Source: Pseudomonadota bacterium (GTDB lineage Bacteria > Pseudomonadota > Gammaproteobacteria > JAKAQQ01). Taken from it: 60,265 nt of DNA. Positions 1 through 12,871 of this stretch are shown here, one piece after another. The notes under the pieces were generated by a model that saw only the letters and a list, made by a program, of their open reading frames with translations, made no database searches and was not told the DNA's origin. Each line of letters opens with the position of its first letter. The first letter of the stretch is position 1. Both the position numbers and the translations under genes were made by a program. The DNA is taken from contig JAKATI010000003.1 of the NCBI GenBank assembly GCA_021828045.1, positions 1 through 60,265 of the forward strand, in the 5' to 3' direction.

Positions 1-1106
1 TCATCATCAACCGTGAAAAAATCCTTGGCCCAGTCACTGCTGTCCTAGGAGTGGTCGAACGCAAACAGACCATGCCGATTCTTTCCAATATATTGATAAA
101 TATAGATAAAAATAACCTTTCTGTGATATCCTCTGACCTTGAGGTCGAGCTCATTGCCACAGAAAAGTTGGAAAACAACGGTGATTTACACATTACAGTT
201 CCTGGTCGGAAGTTCGCCGACATCGTTCGCTCCCTTCCCGCAAATCAGGAGATTCATCTAGAGATTGATGCGGATCGATTGAAACTCAAAGCTGGTCGTG
301 CTCGTTTTACCGTTCTTACCCAGCCGGCTGAGGATTTCCCGCTGATTGAGAAACCTCAGTCACCGATTTTTATAGAGGTTCCTCAAGTCAGCCTGCATGA
401 GCTGATCCGGAAGACCCATTTCGCGATGGCTCAGAACGATGTCCGATACTATCTCAATGGCCTGAGGTTCGAGTATTCCAATCAGATCCTACGTGCGGTC
501 GCGACTGATGGACACCGCCTGTCTGTCGGTACAATCTCTTTAAACGCCCGATCTGGGACCGATAATGAGGGGGAGAAGGCGGCAATTGTGCCTAGAAAGG
601 GTATTCTCGAACTAGAGCGCCTTATGGGAAACAGCGAACAAGCGCTCCGCATGGCCTTCGCACCTAACCACCTTTGCGTGCAATGTGGGAATCTTTCCCT
701 CACGACAAAACTGATTGAGGGCCGCTATCCGGACTACTCGAGTGTGATTCCCAAAGAGAGCCGGCATCATATTGTGGTTGATCGAAACCGCATGAAAGAA
801 GCCCTGTCTCGTGCTGCGATCTTAGCGAATGAAAAGATCCGGGGGGTCCGTCTGGGCTTTGAACCGAAAACACTACGTATGATTGGACATAACGCTGAAC
901 AGGAAGAGGCCGAGGATGTGGTCGAAACAAACTATGAGGGAGAGGCTTTCGAAGTAGGATTCAATGTTTCCTACCTCCTCGATGTCTTGAACGCGGTGAC
1001 AGAATCCGAGATCGAAATCCTCATCAATGATCCGAATAGCAGCTGTCGGATTGATCCGAAAGGAAACACCAGCTTTCAATATGTGATTATGCCGATGCGA
1101 CTGTAG
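1..1106 (+). CDS. dnaN: DNA polymerase III beta sliding clamp, 5' end cut by window edge
   Basis: The frame is open from nt 3 (IINREKILGPVTAVLGVVERKQTMPILSNIL...), which is the conserved DnaN N-terminal block. The tracked start at 51 is an internal GTG. recF and gyrB follow directly. Confidence 0.95.
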   Translation, partial: IINREKILGPVTAVLGVVERKQTMPILSNILINIDKNNLSVISSDLEVELIATEKLENNGDLHITVPGRKFADIVRSLPANQEIHLEIDADRLKLKAGRARFTVLTQPAEDFPLIEKPQSPIFIEVPQVSLHELIRKTHFAMAQNDVRYYLNGLRFEYSNQILRAVATDGHRLSVGTISLNARSGTDNEGEKAAIVPRKGILELERLMGNSEQALRMAFAPNHLCVQCGNLSLTTKLIEGRYPDYSSVIPKESRHHIVVDRNRMKEALSRAAILANEKIRGVRLGFEPKTLRMIGHNAEQEEAEDVVETNYEGEAFEVGFNVSYLLDVLNAVTESEIEILINDPNSSCRIDPKGNTSFQYVIMPMRL

Positions 1107-2174
1107 ATGCCTATTGATGGACTCAGACTACAGAGTTTCCGATGTTTTGATCGGGAGGATATCGCTCTGGATGGACCGGCCATACTCAAGGGACCCAACG
1201 GATCTGGAAAGACATCCATCCTAGAGGCCATATACCTTCTAGCCCGTGGCCGCTCCTTCAGGACATCCCGGCTTTCCAATCTGATCCGAGCTGGTGAAAA
1301 GGTCTTCGGGGTTGAGTCAAATATCCTCATTCAATCAGAATCCTGGTCTGTCAAGGCTATTTTTGAAAATGGACTCAAAACGTTTATCAATGATCGTGAT
1401 TCAACAGCCCGGGAAGTAGGGCGCCTTTTCCCGCTGACGCTGATGGATTCAGATGTCACGCAAATCATTCTCGGAGGGCCAGAACGACGCCGTCGCCTTC
1501 TTGATTGGCTAATGTTCCACGTGGAACCAGAAACTTGGAAAGTGTGGAAGCTCTACCGACGGGCTCTCCTACAATGGCAGTGGGCGCTGCGTTCCGGAAT
1601 GAGCGCCGATGTCTGGTTTGGACGGATGATGGAACTTGCTCCTGTGATCGAAGAATCCAGAATACGGCTCATGGCTAGCTGTCTTCCGTTTTGGGATCAT
1701 GCGGCCTCGCTACTCTTTCCAGGACAGACTTTTAGTTTTGATTACAACAATGGTAAAGAGGCGGTTGCCAGGGCCAGTTTGAGTGAGGGATCTCAAGAGT
1801 TTTTGCCAGACGGATCAACGGTCGTTTCTAGGAGTCCCGGCCTGCAGAGAGCAGATGTTGAAATCCGGTCCGGGCAAAAGCCTGTTCGTCAGTTTTTTTC
1901 ACGTGGACAAGCCAAGCTACTGGCACTGGCGCTTGTCTGGGGTGGATCACGATTTTTGTCACTGAAGCTTGAAACCTGCCCAGTCCTTCTTTTGGATGAT
2001 TTTTCGTCCGAGCTGGACGAGGACGCTCAGTTTCGACTTTTGGGATTGGTGAGGGAGGAAGAAATACAGGTCATCATGACTTCATCAAGTCTTTCGCATG
2101 TGTCTATCGAACAATGGCCGCATGGCCTGTTCCACGTGGAACAGGGGCATGTCCAGATGGTGTGCCCATGTTAG
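1107..2174 (+). CDS. recF: DNA replication/repair protein RecF
   Basis: 355 aa with a Walker A motif GPNGSGKTSILEAIYLL near the N terminus. The ATG immediately follows the dnaN stop, in the canonical dnaN-recF-gyrB position. Confidence 0.95.
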   Translation: MPIDGLRLQSFRCFDREDIALDGPAILKGPNGSGKTSILEAIYLLARGRSFRTSRLSNLIRAGEKVFGVESNILIQSESWSVKAIFENGLKTFINDRDSTAREVGRLFPLTLMDSDVTQIILGGPERRRRLLDWLMFHVEPETWKVWKLYRRALLQWQWALRSGMSADVWFGRMMELAPVIEESRIRLMASCLPFWDHAASLLFPGQTFSFDYNNGKEAVARASLSEGSQEFLPDGSTVVSRSPGLQRADVEIRSGQKPVRQFFSRGQAKLLALALVWGGSRFLSLKLETCPVLLLDDFSSELDEDAQFRLLGLVREEEIQVIMTSSSLSHVSIEQWPHGLFHVEQGHVQMVCPC

Positions 2175-2180
2175 AATTAA

Positions 2181-4604
<2,424 letters not shown>

Positions 4605-4668
4605 CCCGATCAATGCCTGCTGCTCCGCTCATTCGATCGGACCGGCAGGTCGTGTATCTGAAGAGATC

Positions 4669-5430
4669 TCAGGAGCGAATGCGGGCTAGCTCACCCTCTA
4701 TCCATTCGCTCACCTGGCGGTTGAGTTCCTCTGGTGTAAGGCCACGTCCGTCAATTGCCGGTCCGATATGGACCTGGATGGTGCCTGGATGTTTGAGCAG
4801 ACTCCTTCTCGGCCAGAAGTCTCCCGCGTTGTGTGCAATCGGAATTACGGGCTGTCCACTCTCGTTTGCCAGAAGAGCACCACTCACTCCATAGCGTCGG
4901 CGTTCGCCAGGCGAGAGTCGGGTTCCTTCTGGGAAAAAGTTGAGAGTCCGGCCCTGCTCCAACTGGTCTCGACCTCTCCGCAGGACTTGGTTTACGGCAC
5001 GACGTCCGGCGCTCCGGTTGATGGCAATGGGTTTGAGAGCGGCGATGGCCCAACCAACGATCGGGATCCAGAGTAATTCACGCTTGAGTACCCAAGTGGG
5101 TTTCTCAGGAAGGAGAAATGAAAGGAAAGTCTCCCATGTGGATTCGTGACGCCAGAACAGGATCCCTCCGATCTTCGGAAGATGGGACAGTCCCGTGACT
5201 TGGTAGTTCAGCCCGCAAAACCAGGAAAGGGCCTTGAGTTCTACGGAGGCGCAAGCACGACCGACGGCAAAACGGAATCGTTCAAGGGGAGGGAGGCCGA
5301 GTGTCAGCGCCATAGGGATAGCGAAAAGAGTGATGCTGAGCCCCATGAATAGGGTAAAGAGGGCAGAGCGAGCTAACAGAACAATATCCATGGAAAAGCT
5401 ATTCGCTTGTCGGGAGTGGGATTTGATCAC
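4669..5430 (-). CDS. Lysophospholipid (1-acyl-sn-glycerol-3-phosphate) acyltransferase family protein
   Basis: 253 aa with an N-terminal TM segment, an HX4(D/E) acyltransferase motif (RHESTWE) and an FPEGTR block. It occupies the same position as the acyltransferase after gyrB in Pseudomonas. Its start overlaps the gmhB stop (ATGA). Confidence 0.8.
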   Translation of the reverse strand: MIKSHSRQANSFSMDIVLLARSALFTLFMGLSITLFAIPMALTLGLPPLERFRFAVGRACASVELKALSWFCGLNYQVTGLSHLPKIGGILFWRHESTWETFLSFLLPEKPTWVLKRELLWIPIVGWAIAALKPIAINRSAGRRAVNQVLRRGRDQLEQGRTLNFFPEGTRLSPGERRRYGVSGALLANESGQPVIPIAHNAGDFWPRRSLLKHPGTIQVHIGPAIDGRGLTPEELNRQVSEWIEGELARIRS

Positions 5431-6011
5431 CCGGTGTTCTCCATGAGGGAACGGACAAAGTCAGCAAGGTCGATGTGGATTTCTAATGGGTAGTTGAGCG
5501 GGTCGCCTTCGAGATCTCTCTTTGTTTGTTGACCCTTACCAGTTAGTACGAGAATCGGGTGGGCGCCGACTGCTCTGGCGGCCTCAAGGTCGCGCCGGGC
5601 ATCTCCCACTGCCCGGATCCCCGCTAGTGGAACCTTGAATTGCTCAGAGAATTCATGAAACAGGTCCGTATTAGGCTTCCGGCAGGCGCAACCTTCCCAA
5701 GGAGCGTGAGGGCAGTGGTAAATGGCTTCGAGATGGCCACCTTTTCTTTCGATGCATCTCTGCATACGATCATGAATTGTATTGAGAGTCCGGTCAGTCA
5801 TCAGCCCGCGACCGATGGCGGATTGGTTTGTGATGACGACTACTCGATATCCGTGCCGGGTCAGTTCGGAGATTGCCTCAAGGCTGCCGGGGATCGGTTG
5901 CCAAGCATCCGGGCTCAAGATATGACCTGGCGAGTCAAAATTGATGACCCCATCCCGGTCAAGGATGATCCATCGGGGCGGTTTTTCGTTTGCAACAAAG
6001 CGACGAGTCAC
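5427..6011 (-). CDS. gmhB: D-glycero-D-manno-heptose 1,7-bisphosphate phosphatase (HAD family)
   Basis: 194 aa. Has the HAD motif I (ILDRDGVIN), the Zn-finger-like insert CPHAPWEGCACRKP typical of GmhB, and GDARRD as motif IV. Confidence 0.85.
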   Translation of the reverse strand: MTRRFVANEKPPRWIILDRDGVINFDSPGHILSPDAWQPIPGSLEAISELTRHGYRVVVITNQSAIGRGLMTDRTLNTIHDRMQRCIERKGGHLEAIYHCPHAPWEGCACRKPNTDLFHEFSEQFKVPLAGIRAVGDARRDLEAARAVGAHPILVLTGKGQQTKRDLEGDPLNYPLEIHIDLADFVRSLMENTG

Positions 6012-8161
6012 GGAGCGTGTGGCGGCTGGAGACGGCTGAAATCAGCTACAGTGCTCAGAAGTCGATTGGCGCGCTTGAGCAGGTCGAGACGTTTCTCCTT
6101 GAGCTTCGGGTCCGGGGAGAGAACCAGCACTTCGTCAAAAAAACGGGCCAAGGGATTCTGCAGAGTACACAGGTGGATCAGAATCTCGTGGTAGCGGTGA
6201 GTGGATGCTGCCTCGGCAACAATCGGCTCAAGGTCACAGATCTGATTGATGAGATAGGCCTCGGTCCTTTCGCCGGAAACAGTGGGTGCACGACCAACCA
6301 CTGCGGTGTCCGTTTCTTCGCGATGCCTGAGCAGGTGAGTGACTCGCTTCGCGATCTGGATAAGAGTGGTGAGGTCGGGTTGGTCCTTGAGGCGGTTCAG
6401 CGCATCCAGTCGAAGCCGGGTCGAGCCGATCGTTGTGGGTTGAGCCGCGAGAACTGCCTCATAATGATCGGCCCGACCACCTCCGTCGAGGTAAAGTCCA
6501 CGGAAGCGTTCCATGAGAAAGGAGTACAGTTCCCCAGCTTGAATCTCCGGATTTCCCAGCCCTTCGGGGTAAGTCTCAAGGGCGGAACGGAAAAGAGAAG
6601 TCAGGGCCGTATCCAGTAGGAATCGACATGTTCCAGGTGTGCACCCAGCCCAGTCTTCTGCAGGATCCATGAGACGGACTAGCCCCAGTGCGGCCCGCCG
6701 GAGGGCATAAGGATCACGTTGCCCAGTCGGCTTTTCCCCAATCAGGAAATAACCGGCCAAAAGATCAATGCGAAGCGCCATGGACAAGAGCCGGCCGAAA
6801 GCGGTTTGAGGTAGTTTGCTGTTGGCAGTCTCCGGGAGATAAGCCTCGGCCAAGGCCTCACAAAGTGCGGGTGGACTACCGTGAGCTGATGCGTAAACCG
6901 CTCCTGCGATTCCGGCCAGTCTAGGAAACTCTCCGACCAGACGGGATGTGAGATCGGCCAAGACGAGAGATCCGGCCTCTTGTGCCAGTTCGGTATCGAT
7001 CCCAAAATCTCCCGCCCAGCGCGATAGCCATTTCATGATCCGTTTGCGCCGTTGACCCAGGTGCCCCAATTTCTTTGCGAAAATGATTTCGTCGAGGTCG
7101 GGTAGCCGCTCTGCGGGTGCCTGTTTTAGATCCTCTTGGTAGAAAAAGTGTGCGTCCGCAAGCCGTGGGGAAACTACCCTTTCCTCTCCACGACCAACCC
7201 GTTGGGGATCAATGCTTTCCAGGTTTACGACAGCAACAAAACCGGGCTTCCAGTGCCCTGCGGCGTCGGAGAGCGGAAAGACACGTTGTTGCCCGAGGAG
7301 TACCTCGGCCAGAACCGCCTCGGGAAGAGCCAGGAAACGTTCCGGGAAAGAGCCCGTCAGTGCGCTTGGCCATTCCACCATGTTGGCAACTTCTGTCAAG
7401 GTTGCCTCATTCCGTACGGGTTGCCAGTCCGGGTGCCATGCATGTGCTGCCGTTTCGATGAGTGCCCAAATCCGCTCGCGAAGACCAGGATCATCCGAAC
7501 CCTGGAGAAGGACGCATCCAGATGCAAGTACAGCCTCATAATCGTTGCTGCTCATGACAGGTAATGGATCAGGATGGTGTACCGGGTGCCCGCGGGTCAG
7601 GGGGGTAGCATCAAGTCCGTAGACACGACCGGGAACAGGAAAGTTGCCATGCAGGAAGAGAATGGACTGGATGGGCCGGACAAAGGGTGGAACTCGAGAG
7701 TGCCAGCGCATCTCGCGATCCCGTGGTAGATCTGTGAGAACTTTTTCGACTAATGGTGCGAGAACCTCCTCAAGGTGGGTATCTGGCCGCTTTTTGCGGA
7801 AAACCACATAGCCTTCCTCACGACCGAGTTCCTCCCAGCCGACGCCTTGTTTCCGGGCAAATCCCAGCGCAGCAGCTGTGGGCTGGCCCTTGATATCAAA
7901 AGCCCGCTCGAGGCTGGGTCCCCGATGCACGACTGTTTGTCCGGGACTTATTCCCCGAACGCGGGAGATACGGACAGCCAAGCGACGGGGTGTATGCCAG
8001 GACTCAAGACAGGCATCCGGTTCGATCCAATCACATTCCCCGAGGGCAGAAAACAGTCGAGAGGCAAATTCCCGAGATAAGGGTGCAGCGAGACGCGCTG
8101 GCAACTCCAGGGTTCCTATCTCAATCAAGAGATCTTGAGGAGGAGAGGAATGTCCGCTCAT
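6008..8161 (-). CDS. glyS: Glycine--tRNA ligase beta subunit
   Basis: 717 aa with the typical N terminus [13 protein letters not shown]. It is coupled to glyQ by a 4-nt overlap at 8158-8161. Confidence 0.95.
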   Translation of the reverse strand: MSGHSSPPQDLLIEIGTLELPARLAAPLSREFASRLFSALGECDWIEPDACLESWHTPRRLAVRISRVRGISPGQTVVHRGPSLERAFDIKGQPTAAALGFARKQGVGWEELGREEGYVVFRKKRPDTHLEEVLAPLVEKVLTDLPRDREMRWHSRVPPFVRPIQSILFLHGNFPVPGRVYGLDATPLTRGHPVHHPDPLPVMSSNDYEAVLASGCVLLQGSDDPGLRERIWALIETAAHAWHPDWQPVRNEATLTEVANMVEWPSALTGSFPERFLALPEAVLAEVLLGQQRVFPLSDAAGHWKPGFVAVVNLESIDPQRVGRGEERVVSPRLADAHFFYQEDLKQAPAERLPDLDEIIFAKKLGHLGQRRKRIMKWLSRWAGDFGIDTELAQEAGSLVLADLTSRLVGEFPRLAGIAGAVYASAHGSPPALCEALAEAYLPETANSKLPQTAFGRLLSMALRIDLLAGYFLIGEKPTGQRDPYALRRAALGLVRLMDPAEDWAGCTPGTCRFLLDTALTSLFRSALETYPEGLGNPEIQAGELYSFLMERFRGLYLDGGGRADHYEAVLAAQPTTIGSTRLRLDALNRLKDQPDLTTLIQIAKRVTHLLRHREETDTAVVGRAPTVSGERTEAYLINQICDLEPIVAEAASTHRYHEILIHLCTLQNPLARFFDEVLVLSPDPKLKEKRLDLLKRANRLLSTVADFSRLQPPHAP

Positions 8162-9018
8162 TCAGACCGGGTTCGGTAATCTTGGGCAACAGCCTGCGCC
8201 AGCTTTCGGATCCTCAGCACATATCGTTGGCGTTCTCCAACGGAGATGGCACGTCGCGCATCAAGAAGGTTGAAGAGATGCGAAGCCTCGATGACACGCT
8301 CGTAAGCCGGCCGAGGCAAACCGGTCGAGAGTAGTTCTTGAACCTCCCCCTCGATTTTTTGGAAACGGTGGGCCAGCTCAGATGGGTCGGCCTGCTCGAA
8401 GTTGTAATGAGACATCTCAATCTCGTTGTCGCGGAAGAGATCGCCATAACGGAAAATCCGGCCCTCAGTCCCAGCTCCCCAAGGAAGGCCGTACATTTCG
8501 TCCGTCTGAGACAGCGACATCAGGAGACGTTCGAGCCCGTATGTGATTTCCCCCATCACAGGCTCGCAGCTAAAGCCGCCCATCTGCTGGAAATAGGTGA
8601 ACTGTGCAACCTCCATGCCATTCAGCCAGACTTCCCAGCCAAGCCCCCAAGCGCCCAGAGTCGGAGACTCCCAATTGTCCTCGACAAAACGGATCTCGTC
8701 CACACGCCGGTTGATGCCAATGGCTTCCAAGGAAGCCAGGAACTGGTCTTGGAAATGATCAGGTACAGGCTTCTGGACCACTTGGTATTGGAAATAATGC
8801 TGTCCCCGGTTGGGATTTTCCCCGTAGCGCCCGTCTTGAGGTCGGCGGCAAGGTTGGAGGAAGGCTGCTGCCCAAGGTCTTGAGTCAAGTGCTCTTAAAA
8901 AGGTAGCCGGATGGAAGGTGGCGGCTCCCATCGGCAGGTCGAGGGGAGGAAGCCAGAGGCAGCCCTCTGCCGTCCAGAACCGGTTGAGGGTAAAAACCAC
9001 GTTTTGGAAGTCAGTCAT
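8158..9018 (-). CDS. glyQ: Glycine--tRNA ligase alpha subunit
   Basis: The tracked ORF (to 9138) is over-extended. The ATG at 9018 gives [20 protein letters not shown]..., the conserved GlyQ N terminus, for 286 aa. Confidence 0.95.
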   Translation of the reverse strand: MTDFQNVVFTLNRFWTAEGCLWLPPLDLPMGAATFHPATFLRALDSRPWAAAFLQPCRRPQDGRYGENPNRGQHYFQYQVVQKPVPDHFQDQFLASLEAIGINRRVDEIRFVEDNWESPTLGAWGLGWEVWLNGMEVAQFTYFQQMGGFSCEPVMGEITYGLERLLMSLSQTDEMYGLPWGAGTEGRIFRYGDLFRDNEIEMSHYNFEQADPSELAHRFQKIEGEVQELLSTGLPRPAYERVIEASHLFNLLDARRAISVGERQRYVLRIRKLAQAVAQDYRTRSE

Positions 9019-9074
9019 GCACCGGTCCGAGGCTAGGCGGTGCAAAGTATACCCTGATCCAGTCTGGGTTCTTC

Positions 9075-9091
9075 TGCACCGATCCGGTGCG
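9075..9091. promoter_or_regulatory. Candidate NtrC enhancer site (TGCACC-N5-GGTGCG)
   Basis: A near-perfect dyad matching the NtrC consensus TGCACC-N5-GGTGCA, about 65 nt upstream of the sigma54 element. Extra half-sites are TGCACC at 9018-9023 and GGTGCA at 9039-9044. Confidence 0.5.
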
Positions 9092-9153
9092 GATTTAGCG
9101 GTTTCAGGTCGAGGACCACGAGCCCGAGTCGGGCCCACTCATGGAGGTTGGGC

Positions 9154-9169
9154 TGGCATGGAATTTGCA
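9154..9169 (+). promoter_or_regulatory. sigma54 (-24/-12) promoter of glnA
   Basis: TGGCATggaatTTGCA, with GG (9155-9156) and GC (9167-9168) spaced as in the consensus TGGCAC-N5-TTGCA. It lies about 40 nt upstream of the glnA ATG at 9209. Confidence 0.65.
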
Positions 9170-9208
9170 CTGATAGAGGCAACCCCCCCGATGCCCGAGG
9201 TACCTGAT

Positions 9209-10618
9209 ATGCAATCCCATGAGGTCTTAGATTGGCTGGCTCAGAAACAGGTGCGCTACGTTGACCTTCGCTTCACGGATACCCGCGGGAAGGAACAGCA
9301 CGTCACCCTTCCGATTACTGCTGTCAGTGAGTCGCTTTTCGCGGAGGGCAAGATGTTTGATGGTTCCTCGATCGTAGGCTGGCGGGGAATCCAAGACTCC
9401 GACATGATCCTTATGCCCGAACTAGGCAGCCTCGTCCTTGATCCCTTCCGAAGTGAGGTTACCGCGCTCCTGCGCGCCGATGTCTACGATCCGGCAAGCC
9501 AAAAACCTTATGTCCGTGATCCCCGCTCGCTTGCGAAGCGGGCCGAGAACTATCTACGGTCAACTGGTATTGCGGATTCGCTCTTGGTGGGACCCGAGAA
9601 CGAATTTTTCATTTTTGACAGTGCGCGCTGGGATCACCGACTGAACGGGGCGTTTTATGAAATTGACTCTTGGGAGGGGTCATGGAATTCGGGGACCCAA
9701 AGGGAGGGGGGGAACCCGGGTCACCGTCCCGTGGCGAAGGGGGGGTACTTTCCCGTTCCTCCCGTGGATTCCCTACAGGATCTACGCTCTGAAATTTGCA
9801 CCACACTCACGGAACTCGGTCTCAGGGTCGAAGTTCACCATCATGAAGTTGCGACTGCGGGCCAGTGCGAGATCGGAGTGGGTTTCGATCATCTGGTTCG
9901 CAAGGCCGACGAGGTCCAGCTTCTCAAGTATGTGGTGCAAAACGTGGCAGCCCGCCACCAGAAAACAGCAACCTTTATGCCAAAACCATTGGTTGGCGAC
10001 AACGGGAACGGTATGCATGTTCATACTTCACTCGTCAAGGGTACGGAAAATCTCTTTGCGGGCAAGGGTTATGGCGGGCTGTCGGATCTGGCGCTCTTCT
10101 TCATCGGTGGCGTTATCCATCATGCCCGTGCTTTAAACGCGCTGACCAATCCCTCGACGAATAGTTACCGCAGGCTTGTGCCCGGTTTCGAGGCTCCCGT
10201 CAAGCTGGCTTATTCGGCCCGCAACCGATCCGCCGCAATCCGTGTTCCGTTCACACAAAGTCCCAAAGGCCGCCGTATCGAAATCCGCTTTCCAGACAGT
10301 ACCGCCAACCCGTACCTGGCCTTTTCGGCCTTACTCATGGCGGGAATTGACGGTATCCAGAAAAAAATGCACCCTGGAGAACCGAGGGATGTGGACCTGT
10401 ATGAATTGACACCCGAGGAAGACCGGAAAATTCCGCAGGTCGCGTATTCGCTCGAATCCGCTTTGGAGGCCTTGTCTGCAGACAGGGGATTTCTGATTGC
10501 GGGAGGGGTTTTTACTGACGATCTCTTGGATGCCTATGTCCAGATCAAGGAGCACGAACTGGCTGCTGTCCGTACGTGTGTCCATCCGGTTGAGTTCGAA
10601 CTCTACTATTCACTTTGA
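9209..10618 (+). CDS. glnA: Glutamine synthetase type I
   Basis: The tracked ORF (from 8918) is over-extended across the promoter region. The ATG at 9209 gives [35 protein letters not shown], colinear with enterobacterial GlnA, for 469 aa. An adenylylation-loop-like NLYELTPEE-type region ([11 protein letters not shown]) is present. Confidence 0.97.
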   Translation: MQSHEVLDWLAQKQVRYVDLRFTDTRGKEQHVTLPITAVSESLFAEGKMFDGSSIVGWRGIQDSDMILMPELGSLVLDPFRSEVTALLRADVYDPASQKPYVRDPRSLAKRAENYLRSTGIADSLLVGPENEFFIFDSARWDHRLNGAFYEIDSWEGSWNSGTQREGGNPGHRPVAKGGYFPVPPVDSLQDLRSEICTTLTELGLRVEVHHHEVATAGQCEIGVGFDHLVRKADEVQLLKYVVQNVAARHQKTATFMPKPLVGDNGNGMHVHTSLVKGTENLFAGKGYGGLSDLALFFIGGVIHHARALNALTNPSTNSYRRLVPGFEAPVKLAYSARNRSAAIRVPFTQSPKGRRIEIRFPDSTANPYLAFSALLMAGIDGIQKKMHPGEPRDVDLYELTPEEDRKIPQVAYSLESALEALSADRGFLIAGGVFTDDLLDAYVQIKEHELAAVRTCVHPVEFELYYSL

Positions 10619-10640
10619 TTGAGCCGAAACCGCTACCCCG

Positions 10641-10667
10641 GGTCGACTGGCAGTTCGGCAGTCGATC
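10641..10667 (+). terminator. Hairpin downstream of glnA (weak terminator candidate)
   Basis: ggTCGACTG-gcagttcgg-CAGTCGAtc forms a 7-9 bp stem 23 nt after the glnA stop. There is no U tract, so this is only a candidate. Confidence 0.25.
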
Positions 10668-10706
10668 CGCTAGGATGGGGGTCATTTACTGACGAGGAGC
10701 CCGCTC

Positions 10707-11327
10707 GTGGGGTCAGGTGTTGTAGAACTCGTCGCCGGCTATCATCGATTTCGTGACCGATATTTTGTTTCTGACCGCACCCTCTATGAGGGTCTTGCGC
10801 AAATGGGACAATCGCCGTTGGCCCTTGTTGTTGGCTGTTGCGATTCCCGTGTAGACCCGGCAATTCTGACCGATTGCAGGCCTGGAGACCTTTTCGTGAT
10901 CCGTAACGTCGCCAATTTGGTACCCCCTTGTGAGTCCGGCGGTCTCTACCATGGCACGAGTGCAGCCCTTGAGTTTGGAATCTGTGATCTCGAAATTCCT
11001 GAACTGATCGTTCTCGGACATGCCCAGTGTGGGGGCATCCGGGCGATGATCGAAGGTGTGAAGCGTTCGAGTTCTTTCATTTCTAGCTGGATGCAGATGG
11101 CAGGCGATGTATGCACCCGTGCCCGAGAAGTAGCGAATGGACGGCCTTTCATCCGGACTTGCGAACAAGAAGCGATCCGGCTGTCCCTCAACAACTTGAT
11201 GACCTTTCCCTGGATTCGGGATCGGGTCGAAAAGGGGATGCTCACTCTGCATGGCTGGTATTTCGATCTTGAGGCTGGTGAGCTGCTCCGCTATGAACCG
11301 CAAACCGGATTGTTCAAAAGCCTCTGA
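10707..11327 (+). CDS. Beta-class carbonic anhydrase
   Basis: 206 aa with a GTG start. Zn-ligand motifs are CCDSRV and HAQCGG, and FVIRNVANLVPP is conserved. Confidence 0.85.
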   Translation: MGSGVVELVAGYHRFRDRYFVSDRTLYEGLAQMGQSPLALVVGCCDSRVDPAILTDCRPGDLFVIRNVANLVPPCESGGLYHGTSAALEFGICDLEIPELIVLGHAQCGGIRAMIEGVKRSSSFISSWMQMAGDVCTRAREVANGRPFIRTCEQEAIRLSLNNLMTFPWIRDRVEKGMLTLHGWYFDLEAGELLRYEPQTGLFKSL

Positions 11328-12153
11328 TCCAACCCCGGGCAGAGGGAGCATCTCCCGTTCGTCTCGACGCTCGTGCTCCAGCCGAGGTATCCGGAGATGC
11401 CGCGCCTGATCCTGAATGGGTGTCTGGATCCGATCCAGGCATAGATCTCCGGATGCTTGGTTGGTCCTTGTGTTGGGGAAGCTGCTCCCAGAGCTGAAAG
11501 GCGAAAAGAACGCTGTTGGAAGTGACGGGCACTCCCGCTCTTCTCAGCGCATCGGCTGTCCAGGTATTGCAGGTATGAAAGGCGTCGTAAGAAAGTTTGG
11601 AAGCAAAAAACTCGCTCTGGGGAACAGGTCCGTGGGCAATGGGTTCAAGATGGCCTGCTGAGTTTTTTTTCAGGGTTTGTTCAAGATATTGCCGTAATCT
11701 CGCAATGCCATGCTGATCGATGCGGACCGGACGAAGATGAATGGACGGGCCGAGGCACACGGTTGGCTTGCGCCGACAGGACTGTACAAGAAGGACGCTG
11801 GGAGAGGGAAATAGCGCGGAAAGCGCTGTCCAGATTCCCGGGTGGGCCGCCATGTAGAAATCCCGGTCTCCCCAGCCAAATACGAGATAATCCGGTTCAG
11901 GGGACAAAGAGAGAAGGGACAACAGGTTGTGTCCGGTTGTGGCCTTGGGAAGCACTAACCCCGTGTGCCAACCCGCCCGAAGCACCCAAACGAGCGCGCG
12001 AGGGAGCCTGAGTCCCGTTATTGATCTTCTGGTGGGAGCAAGGGGCACTCGCGGATTGACGGTCATCGCTGCGCACCCAGCGTTTCCGAATAGCAGAAAA
12101 AAGACAACCACTACATCAGCTAGGGGGCGAAATCCAAGTATGCGGGTACTCAC
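11314..12153 (-). CDS. DUF2459 / TIGR02117-family lipoprotein (function unknown)
   Basis: 279 aa with a GTG start and a lipobox (LLFGNAGC). Conserved blocks are WHTGLVLP, FGWGDRDFY and YDAFHTCNTWTADALRRAG. Its 3' end overlaps the convergent carbonic anhydrase gene by 14 nt. Confidence 0.6.
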   Translation of the reverse strand: MSTRILGFRPLADVVVVFFLLFGNAGCAAMTVNPRVPLAPTRRSITGLRLPRALVWVLRAGWHTGLVLPKATTGHNLLSLLSLSPEPDYLVFGWGDRDFYMAAHPGIWTALSALFPSPSVLLVQSCRRKPTVCLGPSIHLRPVRIDQHGIARLRQYLEQTLKKNSAGHLEPIAHGPVPQSEFFASKLSYDAFHTCNTWTADALRRAGVPVTSNSVLFAFQLWEQLPQHKDQPSIRRSMPGSDPDTHSGSGAASPDTSAGARASRRTGDAPSARGWIRGF

Positions 12154-12240
12154 GATTTCGAAAGATTATCATTCTTTCACGCTCCGAATCCATATCCGGG
12201 CCCTCTTGTCTCATCTTAAGAACCGGTTTATGCTTGAAGC

Positions 12241-12846
12241 ATGAAAAAGCGGCTTTTTGTTGGAGTTCTTTGCTTTGGTTTAGGCCTCGGCGCTATGGCG
12301 GGAGCTTCTGCGCAACCTGTCTACACTTGGGTTGGAAGGAATGGCGTTCGCCATTATTCTGATGTCCCTCGACCGGGTTCGAAACAGGTGGTTCTGGGTG
12401 GAGGACTGTCCATTTTTTCCGTCCAGCACGCAGGGCTAGGAGCGACAACTGGTAGAGAAGGAGGTGTAGTTCGCCCAGCTGCGATCCGTAACCAATATCA
12501 CTTGGAAATCCTGAGTCCAACCAACCAGCAATCGCTCTTCAACATTGGAGGTGTGCTGACCGCATCCGTGATGCTTTCACCCCCGCTGGTGGGCGGCGAC
12601 GCCTTGCGCTACCTTTTGGATGGCAAGCCAGAAGGGAGAGCAACCCAAGCAACGAGCCGGATTCTGCATCAGGTTTGGCGGGGAACCCATGTTCTTACCG
12701 TCGAGATCGTCTCTCCGCAGGGCACGATTCTTTCAAGTCGATCGGTCACTTTCTACGTGCATCAGCACTCGATTCTTGCGCCGCGGCCACTGGGTGCCGT
12801 CCAGCAGGTAAAACCCGCCGGACCGATCGGGGCGATCCCGCACTAG
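12241..12846 (+). CDS. Secreted DUF4124-domain protein
   Basis: 201 aa with a signal peptide (MKKRLFVGVLCFGLGLGAMAGASA). The mature N terminus, QPVYTWVGRNGVRHYSDVP, is typical of DUF4124. The position just upstream of ntrB is common in gamma- and betaproteobacteria. Confidence 0.55.
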   Translation: MKKRLFVGVLCFGLGLGAMAGASAQPVYTWVGRNGVRHYSDVPRPGSKQVVLGGGLSIFSVQHAGLGATTGREGGVVRPAAIRNQYHLEILSPTNQQSLFNIGGVLTASVMLSPPLVGGDALRYLLDGKPEGRATQATSRILHQVWRGTHVLTVEIVSPQGTILSSRSVTFYVHQHSILAPRPLGAVQQVKPAGPIGAIPH

Positions 12847-12871
12847 CACTGCCTCGCACTATAATGGTGCA

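Noticed and set aside
8918-9208. 5' extension of the tracked glnA ORF (566 aa, starting at 8918)
   Set aside because: It runs antisense through the glyQ 5' end and across the sigma54/NtrC region. The conserved GlnA N terminus begins at the ATG at 9209.
10713-11351. 212-aa minus-strand ORF opposite the carbonic anhydrase gene
   Set aside because: The plus-strand frame carries the beta-CA zinc-ligand motifs, whereas the antisense frame has no recognisable features.
12860-12865. TATAAT hexamer just upstream of ntrB
   Set aside because: It lies only 6 nt before the GTG start and has no acceptable -35 element 17 nt upstream (CCCGCA). It is unlikely to be the ntrB promoter.
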